From assembly GCF_001194135.2 (NCBI RefSeq), contig NC_068992.1, positions 60,188,905-60,231,638 on the forward strand: a DNA stretch of 42,734 nt. The letters are read 5' to 3'. Every line of letters begins with the position of its first letter. Positions within the stretch are counted from its first letter, which is position 1. Both the position numbers and the translations under genes were made by a program. The notes below the pieces were generated by a model, which was given only the letters and a program-made list of their open reading frames with translations, was not told the DNA's origin and searched no databases. Below are positions 22,330-35,854 of this stretch, one piece after another. Origin of the DNA: Octopus bimaculoides (taxonomy: Eukaryota).

Positions 22330-22430
22330 GTCTTTCGTGAGGTGGGCCGCACTACTGAAAATATTCTAGGTAATTACTCATTAAGTGTTCCAATCAGAAT
22401 GTCTCGCGGGCCGCAGGTAGCCCAAGACTA
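22330..22430. mobile_element. Possible hAT-type MITE terminal fragment
   Basis: CGCGGGCCGCAGGTAGCCCAAGACT (22405-22429) resembles hAT/Charlie MITE subterminal ends. No partner end was found. Confidence 0.3.
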
Positions 22431-22496
22431 CAATAAACACCCACTTTACCAGGTTCCTATTTAATAGTTTCGCATTTATCGGAGCGCTATAGAAAT

Positions 22497-22537
22497 ATCA
22501 GCAGCAGCAATAGTAGTACCACTACTACCACCACCAT

Positions 22538-22625
<88 letters not shown>

Positions 22626-22668
22626 ACTACTACCACTACTACTACTACCACAACTGCTGCTGCTGCTG

Positions 22669-22745
<77 letters not shown>
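22497..22745. repeat. (CTA/CTG/CCA)n array ending in an inverted (TAG)n block
   Basis: Read directly. It contains a perfect 66-bp palindrome at 22680-22745. Confidence 0.95.
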
Positions 22746-22746
<1 letters not shown>

Positions 22747-22764
22747 CGTATAGTTATAATAATT

Positions 22765-23235
22765 CTTTCTAATTTTGGCCAGTAATTTTAGGAGGACGGG
22801 TTTGTCGATTACGTAAGACCCTAGTGTTCCAGTGATCCCTTATTTTATCGATTTCGAAAGGATCGAAGGCAAAGTCAACTTCGGTGCTATTTGAATTCAG
22901 AACGTGGAGAGCCAGAAGAAATGACGCGAAACATTTTGTTCGACGCACTAACGGTTCTAAGTTCAAATTCCGCCGAGGTCGGCTTTGCCTTTCATTCTTT
23001 CAGGGCCGATGAATTAAGTACCAGTGAAATACTGAGGTCGATGCAATCGACTAGTCTTCTCCCCCAGAATTTTAGGCCTTGTGCCTTTAGTAGAAAGGAT
23101 TATTGTTATTGTTATTGAACTGGTAGCATCGTTAGCACGCCGGACAAAATGCTCACGGCATTACGTTCTGAGTTCAAGATCTGCCGAGGTTGATTTTGCC
23201 TTTAAACTTTCCGGAGTCGATGAAATGTGTCAGTT
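22765..23235. mobile_element. Cluster of three family B SINE pieces (-, +, +)
   Basis: Minus copy ~22765-22958 abuts + copies at ~22960-23105 and ~23116-23235. Confidence 0.8.
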
Positions 23236-23579
23236 ATATGCATTTGTGTGTGTGTGTGTGTGTGTGTCTTTTCAGAACTGTGAACATTTCACTTCGCATT
23301 TGTGTAATGATGGGTAGATAGGCATTTGGTCACGTGAAACTTTCCATTGGTCAGAATGCATGAAGACAGTTTTTTGTGCTTTTATATTTCTAAAAGTTTT
23401 CAATCTTTACAATTTAAAAAAACGTATTAAGTAAACAAGGGGAGTTCAAATCAATCGTGCGAACCTGAATTTAAACAAAATCATTAGGATCTAATTGATA
23501 ATTTGGAGCAACGGAGGGAAGTAACATGTTTGAGCAAAAAAGAAAAAAAAAAAAATAACCCCAAGAGTTTTCTGATAAA

Positions 23580-24900
23580 CGCAAGTAAAAAACCCAAATC
23601 AAAGATGTTTTATTTTACATTGTAACTCTATCGAAGGGAATAGCAAATAGAAAAAGGTTGGGCAAGAGAAAAATCACTGAAGAAACCGTGTATAAATGAT
23701 ATTGTTTAACGGAGACCTAGTGATATTAAGCCTTTAACTATGAACTTAAATTTTATGGTTATTCCAGTAACGAAAATATATCTACCCCATCCTACCAATG
23801 AATGAAATGAAATAGAAGTGGTATTTTCCATAAGTCACGTTGCTTCAATAAACTTGACATATTTCAAATGAAAATAGCTTCAATAAACTTGACATATTTC
23901 AAATGAAAATAGTTTCAATCATGACATTCTGCAACAAAAGCTAGATGGGTGTATAAAAATATTTTCTGCAGTTAATGGTAATGAAATTTTGAGTGGGTAT
24001 ATCTGAGTTTTTCAGTGAAAGGGTTAATGTACGAAGTTTCTGAGAGAAATCGAAATGTGAAATTCTCGGAAAATACACCGGATTTAAGGCCAAGGCAAGT
24101 GATGTGTGACTGTGGTGTTGTAAACAAAAATTAAAAACGGATGGTGAATATGTAAATGCTAACACTTTACTGGCTGAACCATTTAGGACAGTAATAAATA
24201 AGCTTATAAGATACGAAGGCCTTATTTTATGGCAGTTTTACAATGCTGATGAAGATGACATCTTTTATCGTAAGTTTCTCTTGAAAATACGCTGGCACTC
24301 AAAGAATAGCACAAAACTCAAGGTCGCATGTTAAGAAGATAGTAAGGAAATCACAGAAACCTCGCGTTGTTAAATGCAATACGAATCAACATATACCATC
24401 TCAAAGAATTGATGCGTTTATTTCCGAGAATTTTTCGGAGATCTTTTTCAGTTAGTTTGTCCCTGGTGTGAGATGCTTGAAGACATGTTCTGAAGATTTT
24501 CTGTCATTACTTAAAGGTATTGTTGCTTCTTAAACATGACCCTGTTCGTCCTAATACTGGAAACTGCGTTAGTAGAGATAATAGAATTATATGTCTTTTC
24601 CTACCCCTAAATGTATTTTAGGCTTTACAACCAATAGATTTGGGAATAGTTATAATCTGTAAAGACACTCTATAACAAGACATTTTTGAAGACTTAATCG
24701 GTGTATTGGAAGATGAAGATGCTGAAGAATATACCAGGGATGCGAGTCTATGATCCTGCAACATTCTATCTGCACTTGAAATTGTTCAAAATGAGATGGG
24801 CATTAACACATTGAGAAATGACTGTATGCTGTTGTATGATATTGGATCTGATTTCAATTTCCATCGATTTGAGGCAAAATACTTAAAGTGTGAATACTAG
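23580..24900 (+). mobile_element. pogo/Tigger-like (CENP-B/Jerky-type) transposase remnant
   Basis: Peptides TDGEYVNANTLLAEPFRTVINKLIRYEGLILWQFYNADE (NADE at 24242-53), VLLLLKHDPVRP and ICLFLPLNVF*ALQPIDLGIV (QPIDLG at 24628-45) match the Tigger motifs NxDETG, LLLDNAPxH and FLPPNTTxxxQPMDQG. It carries a 35-bp tandem duplication at 23843-23912. TIRs not found. Confidence 0.85.
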
Positions 24901-24984
24901 TGAGTGGGGAAGTGTTGAATGTAATTTTCAGGAGTGGGTTGTAAGGATACTGAAAGTAATCCGAGCCATCAAGTAATCATCAAC

Positions 24985-25262
24985 ATCACCATGATCTTTA
25001 TCATTGCGATAACGTCCACTTTCCCACGTTCGCATAGGTCAGACGGAATTTGCTGAAATGGAGTTTTCTGTGGCCAGATGCCTTTCCTGTTGGAAACTCT
25101 CCCCTTCTTCCAAGTAAAGTAATAAGTTCCCATGATCAGACATGTTTCACGGAAGATCAGTGAACGAAGGGCACCGCATGCATGACGGTGACACTTGTCT
25201 ACATCTATTACGCGAAGTCGAGACAAGGAGACAGTAACACAAGCACTCACACAAACACACAC
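24985..25262 (-). mobile_element. SINE-like 3' body fragment
   Basis: Minus strand CAGGAAAGGCATCTGGCCACAGAAAA...GTGGACGTTA with a (GAT)n-like tail. Single copy in the window; recognised from memory of octopus repeats. Confidence 0.5.
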
Positions 25263-25324
25263 ATACTTCGAGTGTTTACTCCACTTCCTTAATAACTTCT
25301 ATGTGTGTCGAAGCTAGAAATCAT

Positions 25325-25520
25325 GCTGTTGCTGTTTAGTCCCAGGCCAGACCTGACTACAAAGATCCATGAACAAAAGTGTTCTAGCCATAACCATCTT
25401 GCTTGAAGGAGATTCAGCTGCTATATCTAGCAGACCCAGTGGCTTCATAGACGGACCCTGTTTGGAAAATGATAGTGAGCTTTGAGAAAGATTTGTCTGC
25501 TCCCGCTAGCATATCAAGTA
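25325..25520. repeat. Dispersed repeat family F/G
   Basis: TGTTTAGTCCCAGG... plus GATTCAGCTGCTATATCTAG. Related pieces at ~9735, ~27350, 27600-27780, 28845-29040 and ~31500. Confidence 0.55.
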
Positions 25521-25789
25521 TCTGTATATAGGCTCCTTCTTTCTCTCATTAGGACTAATACCAGTGGTAACTGGGGGTTTGTCTGGCTGGGCACACTAGC
25601 AGAAATTTAAAGAGCCGCTAATGGGGAAGTGGGGAAGAAAGGATTGGTAAATTCATTTGAATCGAACCCAACGTATTACTGGTACGTATTTCATCAACCG
25701 GAGAGTTCAGGTCAGGAGGAAAAACTTAAACCCCGCGGGGGGAATTTAAGTTCAGAGTAAACACTTGTTGCTAATGACGATCTTATTCA

Positions 25790-26410
25790 ACCTTTGGTTA
25801 TTGTTTATGTTGTCAATGTTTTGCAAATATTACGGTTGCTATTGTTAATCTGGAGTTATCCAATGCAATTCCTATGGAAGGGAGTTGATATTGCTAGAAC
25901 TAACAATTTTTATTGTGGTGGTCATGGTCGTGTTGCTGTTTCTGTTGTGAGCCAGCCTGTTGCTATTGGAATTATGTGTGTTGCTAATGCTACTTTTGTT
26001 GTTCGTGCCAGTAGTTGGCATTTGCTGTGGTATATTATTGTTAATGTTATTGTAAATCATTGTGATATTATTGTTAATTATCTTTAATATTATCGATAAT
26101 TACTGGTGATGTTATTGCTAATTAATATTATTGTAATTAATATTATTAATCACATTATAGTTAAATATCGTGATATCATTGCTAACTATTAGTGTTGTTA
26201 TTATTTAATTTTGATGCTGTTTCTAATTAATCTTATTGTCAATTATTGTTGATACTGTAAGTTATGTTTAATGTTATTTGTGAATTACTGCTGTCGCTGT
26301 TGTTAACTATTGTTGAAGTTATAATTAATCGTTTTTAATGTGAATTTTAATTATTGCCCGTGTTACTGTTAATTGTTGCAGTTAGCATCGTACATAGTGC
26401 TAATATTGTT
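25790..26410. repeat. Decayed (TTG/TTA/ATT)-type low-complexity tract
   Basis: Read directly; it explains the V/L/I-rich and N/T-rich ORFs. Confidence 0.75.
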
Positions 26411-26629
26411 AATACATTTTTTTCACCTCCTAGTCAAAGAAGAAAGACTGGACCCTATAGTCTAGTTTTTCAAAGTCCATGATCCTTGTTAGGAATGAGA
26501 AGGGGAGGACGATATCCTGCCGTTGTTGCTATCAGACTATTTCTGTTTTCTTAATTGGTAACGTCAATGTTGCTATTTTTTATGCTTGTCTTTATTTATA
26601 TGCTTCTCTTCGTTTTTTTCTTGGCATTG

Positions 26630-27350
26630 CAATAGCCAGGCGTTGATATTGTTCGATATTGCTATTCGATTTTTGCCACCGCCACTGCCTGATGTTGCTA
26701 TTGTTTGTCGTCGCCATTGTCTGTTGTTGCTATTACCTAAAGCGACTATCATTTGATGTTGCTTTCCATTGGCTTCTCTTCAAACGATGTTTTCCAACGT
26801 TGCTATTGTCTAATATTGCTTTCACTTTACGTTGCTCTTATTGTCTGACGCTGCTATTTTCTGATGTTGATATTGTTTTATGTTGCTCCCCGACCCGATT
26901 GATATTGCTATCGTCTAACGTTGCTACTGCTTTTGTAAGACTGCCTGACGTTGATCTTGCCTGACTTTACCAAAGAGTGATTTCGCTATTGTCTAAAATG
27001 GTAAGTGTCTGATACTGCTGGAGTTGCAATTGTTTTACATAGCCCTATAATGTCTGATGTTGCTAATGTCCTTCTAATTTTGTCTGACTTTGCTATTGCT
27101 GGACGTCATTATTATCTTACGTTGCTATTGTTTTGGACATGCCATTGCCTGATGCCACTATAGCCCTTGTAATGTTATTTGATATAATAACAATAATATC
27201 ATAATAACAATAATGCTATCTATTGCTTCTCTAATTATTCTCTGACGTTGCTATTGTCTAGCATTGCTTTTGCTTGACATTGCTATTGACAGTATAATGT
27301 CAAATGTTGCTATTGTCCTGGTATTGTTATCTGGTGTTGCTATTGTTTCT
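26630..27350. repeat. Degenerate ~16-bp minisatellite, consensus TCTGACGTTGCTATTG
   Basis: Clearest in-phase units at 27241-56, 27257-72 and 27273-88. GTTGCTATTG recurs many times across the interval. Confidence 0.75.
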
Positions 27351-27884
27351 ATAATATCAAGCGTTCTTATTGTTATTATCATCGATATCACTGGCATCTT
27401 TCTTGTCCTTTAGTCCCAGATATGCATTGACAGAACAGACCTATGTATAAAAGCCTTACGGCAATGAACACCCTGTTTTTGTTTCTGCATATAATATAGC
27501 TTAATCTAAATACTGTGTTAGATATCATAATATTGAAGTCGGTTGGGTAAAATTTCATAGCAGACGGTGTGACTACGTAAATGAGGTGCTGTTGTTATTG
27601 TTGTTGCACATGTTATCTTTGTTGTTTAATTATAGATCAGATTCACTTAAGCAGAGCTATGATCAAAGGCGCTCCAAATGCGACTAACCGTTATATTATC
27701 CGTTGTGTTCGCCTTTTAGTCAAGAAAGTAAGGTGTAATTGAGGGAGACTTGGCTGCTTTTTCTCGGTGGTTCATAAAGCAAACTGTCTCTGTTGCTATA
27801 AATTTTAATGCTTGGCTTGCACAGGATAAATATTTTACATAAAATAGGTAGACGTACACAAAATGTTGGAAGATGGTAATCACC

Positions 27885-29230
27885 GTTGAAATCGACCCCA
27901 GTATTTAGCTGCTACTTTATAATATCGAAAATAGAAGGAATTAAAAGCAAATCTGCCTCAGTGCGATTCGAACTTTGAACTCTAAAAGCTGTAAACAAAT
28001 ACCCCTTTTCCAATTCTGCCCTTAGATTTTCCAAAAGTATTTCTGAGTTTGGCAAAAAAAGACAGCCTTGGAGGAAAGGATTTAATCGATATCATCGACT
28101 CCAGTACTAGCCAGAAACTTTATTTTATCGATCAAAAAAAAAAAAAAGGCAAAGATAACCCAGGCTAGATTTGAACACGGAACATAAGGAGCCGTAAGAA
28201 ATATGCAAATCATTTGATTCAACGTTCCAACTTCCCATACTGTCCCTTGAAATAAATAACAAAGATTTCTTCCCGCTAATGAGAGAGCTTCTTTGTGGTA
28301 CTCCCATATGCCAGAAACAGCAGCTCACACACTCTTTAAACATATCCTCATGGCTTTAAAGGCGTTCTTTGGCAAAAAATGTTAGAACGTTGAATAAAAT
28401 ACTTTGTAGCATTTTTTCCATCTCTTGAAATTCTGCTTTTCAAATCCTGCTGAAGCTGACATTTTGTTTTATCCTTTCGGGATCGATAACCTATACCAAT
28501 ACAAGTTATATAGCGGTGTTGATTAAATCAACTACAAATTAAGTGTTAGAATCAATCCCTAAAACTGCCTGATTTTGACTTCAATTTCTTTCTGGCCAGT
28601 CATGCAAAGACATTGTTGGAAAAACATTATCGGCTTCTTCGATATCATTTGCGACATAGAAGGAGTAGAACGGCTGCACGAGCAACGGCAAGTCTTATCC
28701 AACAGAGTCTGCTAATACAGACGGAAACAAACTTTCCAGAAAGAAATATATGAACTCAAGAAATATAGAGATGTAAAAAAAAAGAACTATCTTTTAAAAA
28801 GGAAAAGTGAGTCTGAAATAAGAACAATGACAGGATGTTCACGGCTGGAATGTATGTATTTGGTCATAAGTACGTCCACTGCATCTGGGTTATCCTAGGG
28901 CTAAACAACAACAAACAACAACTTAATGAATAGTACTATAGGCTAAACATCACATATTTTGGTGTAGGGAAGAGGCCTAGAATGCGTTTGATCATAAGTA
29001 TATCTGGTGAATCTGGACAATCCTGGGGTTAAATAATACCAACATAAAAAATATTCACAAAAGTTCGATTTCACACATCTCAGGGTAGGGGAGAATCGAT
29101 GAAACTACTCCAGTAGTTAACAGGTACTTATATTCTCGGTTCTGCAAGGATGAAAGCAAACAAATGCCTAAAGGGACGCAATCCAATACCAGAAAGTGTT
29201 TAATCCGCCACTCATCCGATTCTGTCTGCC
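27885..29230. mobile_element. Several degenerate family B SINE pieces and two tandem family G pieces
   Basis: ATCGACCCCAGTA-type motifs at ~27890 and ~28095 (-), ATCCTTTCGGGATCGATAA at ~28470 (+), and a piece at ~29085-29230 (-). G pieces at 28845-28915 and 28978-29040. Confidence 0.6.
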
Positions 29231-29264
29231 TAAGCCATTGTGTATGTATGTTTGACTGTCTGTT

Positions 29265-29328
29265 TATCTATCTATCTATATATCTATCTATCTATCTATC
29301 TTTGTCTATCTATCTATCTATCTATCTG

Positions 29329-29395
<67 letters not shown>
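29265..29395. repeat. (ATCT)n microsatellite
   Basis: Read directly from the sequence. Confidence 0.95.
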
Positions 29396-29396
<1 letters not shown>

Positions 29397-29408
29397 AATG
29401 TATGTAAG

Positions 29409-29447
<39 letters not shown>

Positions 29448-29955
29448 TTAATGTAAAGAATCACTATCAACACAAGTTGAAACTAGGGTTTCAGGAAGGG
29501 TATCGCGAATGTGAAAGAGGAAAGAAAAAAAGAAGGGGAAAACGAAAGAGATAGTGAATGAGAGAAAGGAAGGAAGATGGAGGGGAGTGGAAAAAGAAAG
29601 GGGAAAAGAGGAGGAAATTGAGAGACACGAGAGAGACATGACAGTGAGGTGAGTGAGACAGGGAGAGGGGGAAATGAGAGGGAGAGAGAGGGTGGTGACA
29701 GTGAGAGAAAGAGAGAGTCTGACTCAGGACAACACATTACCTACCTACGTGTGCACACAAAGATCATAATTCTCTAGAAATATATTCAAACGTACACACT
29801 TTCTCTCCTTCGCACTTTGTCTCATTCTCTATACATCTGTATAAATATATGCATATATAAGCATTAATATACATGCACAAAGCTTATATATATATATATG
29901 TTTGTGTGTATGTGTGTGTGTGCGCGTGTGTGTGTGTGTGTGTGCGTGTGCGTGC

Positions 29956-30000
<45 letters not shown>

Positions 30001-30032
30001 NNNNNNNNNNNNNNNNNNNNNNNGTGTATAGA

Positions 30033-30088
<56 letters not shown>

Positions 30089-30155
30089 GATAGATAGATA
30101 CATACATACATACATACATACATACATACATACATACATCCATACATATATATAC

Positions 30156-30193
<38 letters not shown>

Positions 30194-30367
30194 TTGTGTG
30201 TGTGTGTATATATGAATATATATGTAAATATCTATATATACAGATACAAACATATATACATATAAGTGCATATATACACATATATACACATATACCTTTA
30301 AATACGTATATCTATCTATCTATATATGTATATACAAATATTTATATACAATGTCTGTCACTCTCTC

Positions 30368-30416
<49 letters not shown>

Positions 30417-30892
30417 ACTAGAATGTTCATGCGTACATGTATGCATATTTGCACACTCGTGTTTGAATATCTGTGTGCGCCTTTTCTTGTATCTACGTTA
30501 TTTGTGATACCAAGATACTACTTAAATCACGGCTTCTATTCATCGAAATGTCTCAACAATTAATTAAAATCGACAAGCTGAACGTCTTTCTGCGTTACAT
30601 ATATATANNNNNNNNNNNNNNNNNNNNNNNNNNNNNNNNNNNNNNNNNNNNNNNNNNNNNNNNNNNNNNNNNNNNNNNNNNNNNNNNNNNNNNNNNNNNN
30701 NNNNNNNNNNNNNNNNNNNNNNNNNNNNNNNNNNNNNNNNNNNNNNNNNNNNNNNNNNNNNNNNNNNNNNNNNNNNNNNNNNNNNNNNNNNNNNNNNNNN
30801 NNNNNNNNNNNNNNNNNNNNNNNNNNNNNNNNNNNNNNNNNNNNNNNNNNNNNNNNNNNNNNNNNNNNNNNNNNNNNNNNNNNNNNNNNNNN

Positions 30893-30940
<48 letters not shown>

Positions 30941-31740
30941 TTTGTATGCATATATATGTATTCATACTTATATACGCATATATATAAAAGCACACATAGA
31001 CATATGTAAATGTGTGTGTATATACATAACTGTATGGGTTTGTACATGTACGTATGCATGTGTAAATGTATATTTTGATCTATAGGTGTATATCTTTATG
31101 TACATGCGTATAAATGTATATATATGTATGTTATATATCTATGTGTATTTATATGCATTTGCACATATGTGGCTATAGGTGCATACATGTAAGCAGACAC
31201 ACACATACGCGCACACACACACACACACACACACATACACACACATATACATGCTTTTATGCACTAATATATATATAAAGATATTCATATATCGTCACGT
31301 GCACACACGCGCACACAATCACAAACATATCTCTAAGGCAAAGAAGTGTTCTTCAAAACATCTCTATATTTCCAAATATGTGTGGCGGAGTCTGTGTTGT
31401 CCACAAACACACAGGCACACAAACGCATCTACGCAGAGCAATAATTCACAGATGTAAACATATAGACAGAAGCAACAAGTGAATCTGAAGGTGGTCAGCA
31501 GATGCGCTAGAAATAGAAGTCAAAATCTTCGCTCCAAATCACAGCGTAAAATCATAAATACAAAAATTTCTATAGATTAATGGCAGAATGTTGGTATTTT
31601 ATATAGTAATTATGTTATGGGCACAATTTGCGATTTGGGCGCTTTAGTTCGCTAAGGATTGGTCGCCTTTGGTCGACCAGGATTGATTCTGCCAGTATGG
31701 GAGCACTTACGTGTGTGTGTGCATATATGTATATGTATAT

Positions 31741-32016
31741 ATCTTTTATCGTTTATTCGTTTCAGTCATTGGACTGCGGTCATGCTGGGGCACAACCTCG
31801 GTGGGTTTAGTGGAGCAGATCGACCTCTGTACTTTTATTTTAAGATCTGGCATTTATTCTATCCTACGCTTTTCCCCGAATCGCTAGGTTACGGAGACGT
31901 AAGACAAGCAAGGCCTGTTGTCAAGCGCTGGCGGGGACATACAGAAACACAAAAACTCACACATAGACATAAATATATACACACATATTTACACACGCAG
32001 ACACAGACACGCACGC

Positions 32017-32057
<41 letters not shown>

Positions 32058-32240
32058 CGCACACACACACACACAGACACACACACACACACACACACAT
32101 ATATAGCCAGCTTCTACCAAATTCAATCACAGAGCACTGGTTGGACAGGCGTTGTAGTAGAACGCACTTGTTCAAGGTACTGATTAATGGGAATGAACCC
32201 GAAACCACGTGCTTGTTTTGCGAACTTCGTAACCACACAG
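31741..32240 (-). mobile_element. SINE family C/D, full-length and diverged, with an expanded internal (TG)n
   Basis: Head at 32105-32240 (GCAGGTATGGCTGTGTGG on the minus strand), microsatellite at ~31960-32100, body at 31741-31955. Confidence 0.8.
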
Positions 32241-32282
32241 CCATACCTGCACACTCACTCACACACATACACATATGTACAT

Positions 32283-32565
32283 AGAGTTGGATTTGGTAGA
32301 CGGAAACTGACAGAAGCCCGTCGTATATATGTATATGTATGTGTGTGTATATGTTTATGTGTTTGTGTTTGTCCCCCAACATCGCTTGACAACCGATGCT
32401 GGTGTGTTTACGTCCCTGTAACATAGCGGTTCGGCTAAAGAGCCCGATAGAACAAGTACTAGGCTTACAAAGAATAAGTCCTGGGGTCGATTAGCTCGAC
32501 TAAAAGGCGGTGCTCCAGCATGGCCACAGTCAAATGACTGAAACAAGTAAAAGAGTAAAAGAGTA
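32283..32565 (+). mobile_element. SINE family C/D, 5'-truncated and well conserved
   Basis: GGATTTGGTAGACGGAAACTGA...GACTGAAACAAGTAAAAGAGTAAAAGAG. Used as the in-window reference copy. Confidence 0.9.
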
Positions 32566-32733
32566 TATATATGCATGTATATGTAGGCATACATATGTAN
32601 NNNNNNNNNNNNNNNNNNNNNNNNNNNNNNNNNNNNNNNNNNNNNNNNNNNNNNNNNNNNNNNNNNNNNNNNNNNNNNNNNNNNNNNNNNNNNNNNNNNN
32701 NNNNNNNNNNNNNNNNNNNNNNNNNNNNNNNNN

Positions 32734-32765
<32 letters not shown>

Positions 32766-33892
32766 TGTAGGGAGTATATGTAATGATCACAGACACACAT
32801 AGGTGCCTATATACGTATGTACTGTAAGTGAGAGAAGCAGATATAAGGAAGCAATTGTGTGTGGGGGGGGTGCGAGAGAGGAAGAAAGAGACAGCATGAG
32901 AGCGATGTAGGGGCAAGGGAGAGGTAATATAAGAGCGCAAGGGAATGAGGAAGGGAGGGAGAAAGAGAGGTGGGAAACAGTGAAACCGTGAGAGAAAAGG
33001 AGAAGGTGCCATTTATTTAGTTGCATTCTATAAAACACACGTCACATGCACGCACATACACAAATGCACGCATATACTCACATACAGAGTCACCGACAAA
33101 CATATACACGCACACACACACACACACACGAATATATATGTATATATGCATATGCAAGTATAAGTGTATATGTACCATCTCTGTTCCCATTAAGAAACAG
33201 CAGGAAACAAACGGATATATAAATGGATAAGTAAATAAATAGAAAGATATATATATATATATATATGGTGCACCAGCATGACCGCAGCCACTTGGCTGAA
33301 ACACATAAATAAATAAATAAATATATATATAAAGAGATAGGTAGGTTGACAGGGGAGTAGATAGATAGAGCATTAGCAAGACACATGAATTTATCTACGT
33401 ACATACAAACATACATGTATATATANNNNNNNNNNATATATATATATGAATATGGATAGGTAGGTAGGCAGGTAGGTAAAGAGATCGATACAGAGAGAGC
33501 ACATATATGCGTGTCGAAGAGGAGAACAGAAAGAGAGAGAGAGAGAAAGAAAGAAAGTCAAAGAACGGGGTAGCGAGTAAAGCAAAACATCATTTTTGCT
33601 TCTCATAGTGAGTGTAACACATGTATAAAGAAAACAAAACATAAAATAATAAACATGTATGTTTATTTAACAGGTTCAAATGCATACATTCACACACATG
33701 CACGCGCGCGCGCACACGCACGCACACAGTTTCATTGACACATATACGCACATAAGACACACACACATGTATGCAAACGCAAATATAGCCAAATGTATAT
33801 ACAACCGCGCATATGTACATATATGCATGCACTTATTTTCACATTCGTCTTTACATATATACAAACACTAATATAGCCGGCATATATACGAG

Positions 33893-33946
<54 letters not shown>

Positions 33947-34586
33947 GTATATATATACATATTATATAGATATATAGATATATATATATATATATATATA
34001 TGTATACATACATGAATACATGCATACGTTTACACTTAGTACACACATTCTACACATAGGCAAAGACACGCACGCACACTCACACGCACACACACACATA
34101 TATACATACATATACGTATACATATAAAAAAAAACCCAATAGTAACGATAATGATAATAACAACAATAATAAAAATAATAACAATAATCATAATGTGTTC
34201 GTGAGTGTATATATACATCTACACGCAGGTGTGTCTCTATGATTACTTAAAAGTAAACAAGCAAGCGAGAGTACTCCATACTAGAAGGAGAGTATATAAT
34301 ATATTTAGGGCCTTGTAAATATTATTGCTTACAAACGAGAAGAGGTGAGAATAAAGTACTCAATACACAAATGAAAGTTTATATATATATGCATTCTTTT
34401 CTTTTATAAAGGTGTAACTACTTGGATTGTAAATGAGTTTTTATAACATGAAAGCCTGAAAACTCCTAGTTGTGATTCAAGATATATACATACGTACATA
34501 CATATATTCATACATGCATACATATATATTACACACACGCACAGACACACACATATATATATATATGGATATGCATAGACACACAT

Positions 34587-34624
<38 letters not shown>

Positions 34625-35031
34625 ACGCACACGCAGATAGATATATACATAAATGTATACTCTCCAACATCAACACACGAATATACAATATATATATATA
34701 TATACCCACGCATGCATAGATATAAAGACACGCATATATCTATATACATTTTTTTACCCACCCACCTATCCATCCATCCATCCGTCCACCCATCCATCCG
34801 TCCGTCCACCCATTACGCATATTCGTATGTAGATATGCATGTATGTATATAATGTGTATGTTTATATATGCATACATACAGAGACACACGTACAGGCACA
34901 CACACTCACAAACAACACTAACATATACTCACATATGTTTGTATGGATACTCGAACATGAAAGTACACGAAACATACATTCGTATATGCATACATACGCA
35001 AACATTGATATCAATACATGCATACTTAGAA

Positions 35032-35084
<53 letters not shown>

Positions 35085-35820
35085 ACGCACTCATACATAT
35101 ATATTACATCTAGCCACCCATCTAGCCATCCACCCATGTAACCATCCACCCATTCACCCATCCGTCCATCTAGCCATCCACCCTTCCTTCCAAACATACA
35201 TAGAAGGCATGCATACATACATAACAAATATGAACATAGTTATATATATATATATATAGCATACATACATAGGTACATACATGATATGTATAACATACAT
35301 TATCTACATACATAACATACATATAAACATACATTAATACATACATGCGTAACCTACATACATAACACGCATACATAATAATATACATATATAGATACAT
35401 AATATTTTACGATCGTATACTTACACATACGCAACATACATTCACTAATACTAAATAGTTAAAATGAAACGTGTGAGAGGCAAGAGAACTCCCTTACTGC
35501 ATTAATAACTGTGAAAGAGCGACGAAAATACTTGCTTTGTGTGGTAAATAGTATCTGCTGAAAGCTGTTGAAATAAGGAGTTCTAATACTGAAGTTTTCG
35601 ATAGCAAATCTTCACTGCTTAGCGTTACTCGTGCGAGCAATGTGAAGAGTATAAGAACTGATACGACAGTAGTAGTTGCACTCACTCCCTACTTCACTGG
35701 TTGATTTCTTCTCTTTGGAAAAGTTGTCGTTTGGTGTTTAGCGGTTTAAACGATATCACGATATGTTGACGTTGGCGATGGCGAGATAGTAATAGAGATA
35801 AACTGATACGAAGAGAAAGC

Positions 35821-35854
<34 letters not shown>

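Noticed and set aside
24246-24252. CTGATGA as a hammerhead core
   Set aside because: It is formed by the Ala-Asp-Glu codons of the pogo NADE motif, and no stem II plus GAAA follows.
35494-35685. ORF resembling a signal peptide (SATTTVVSVLILFTLLARVTLS)
   Set aside because: It starts at GTG with an in-frame TAG two codons upstream and lacks a good acceptor site.
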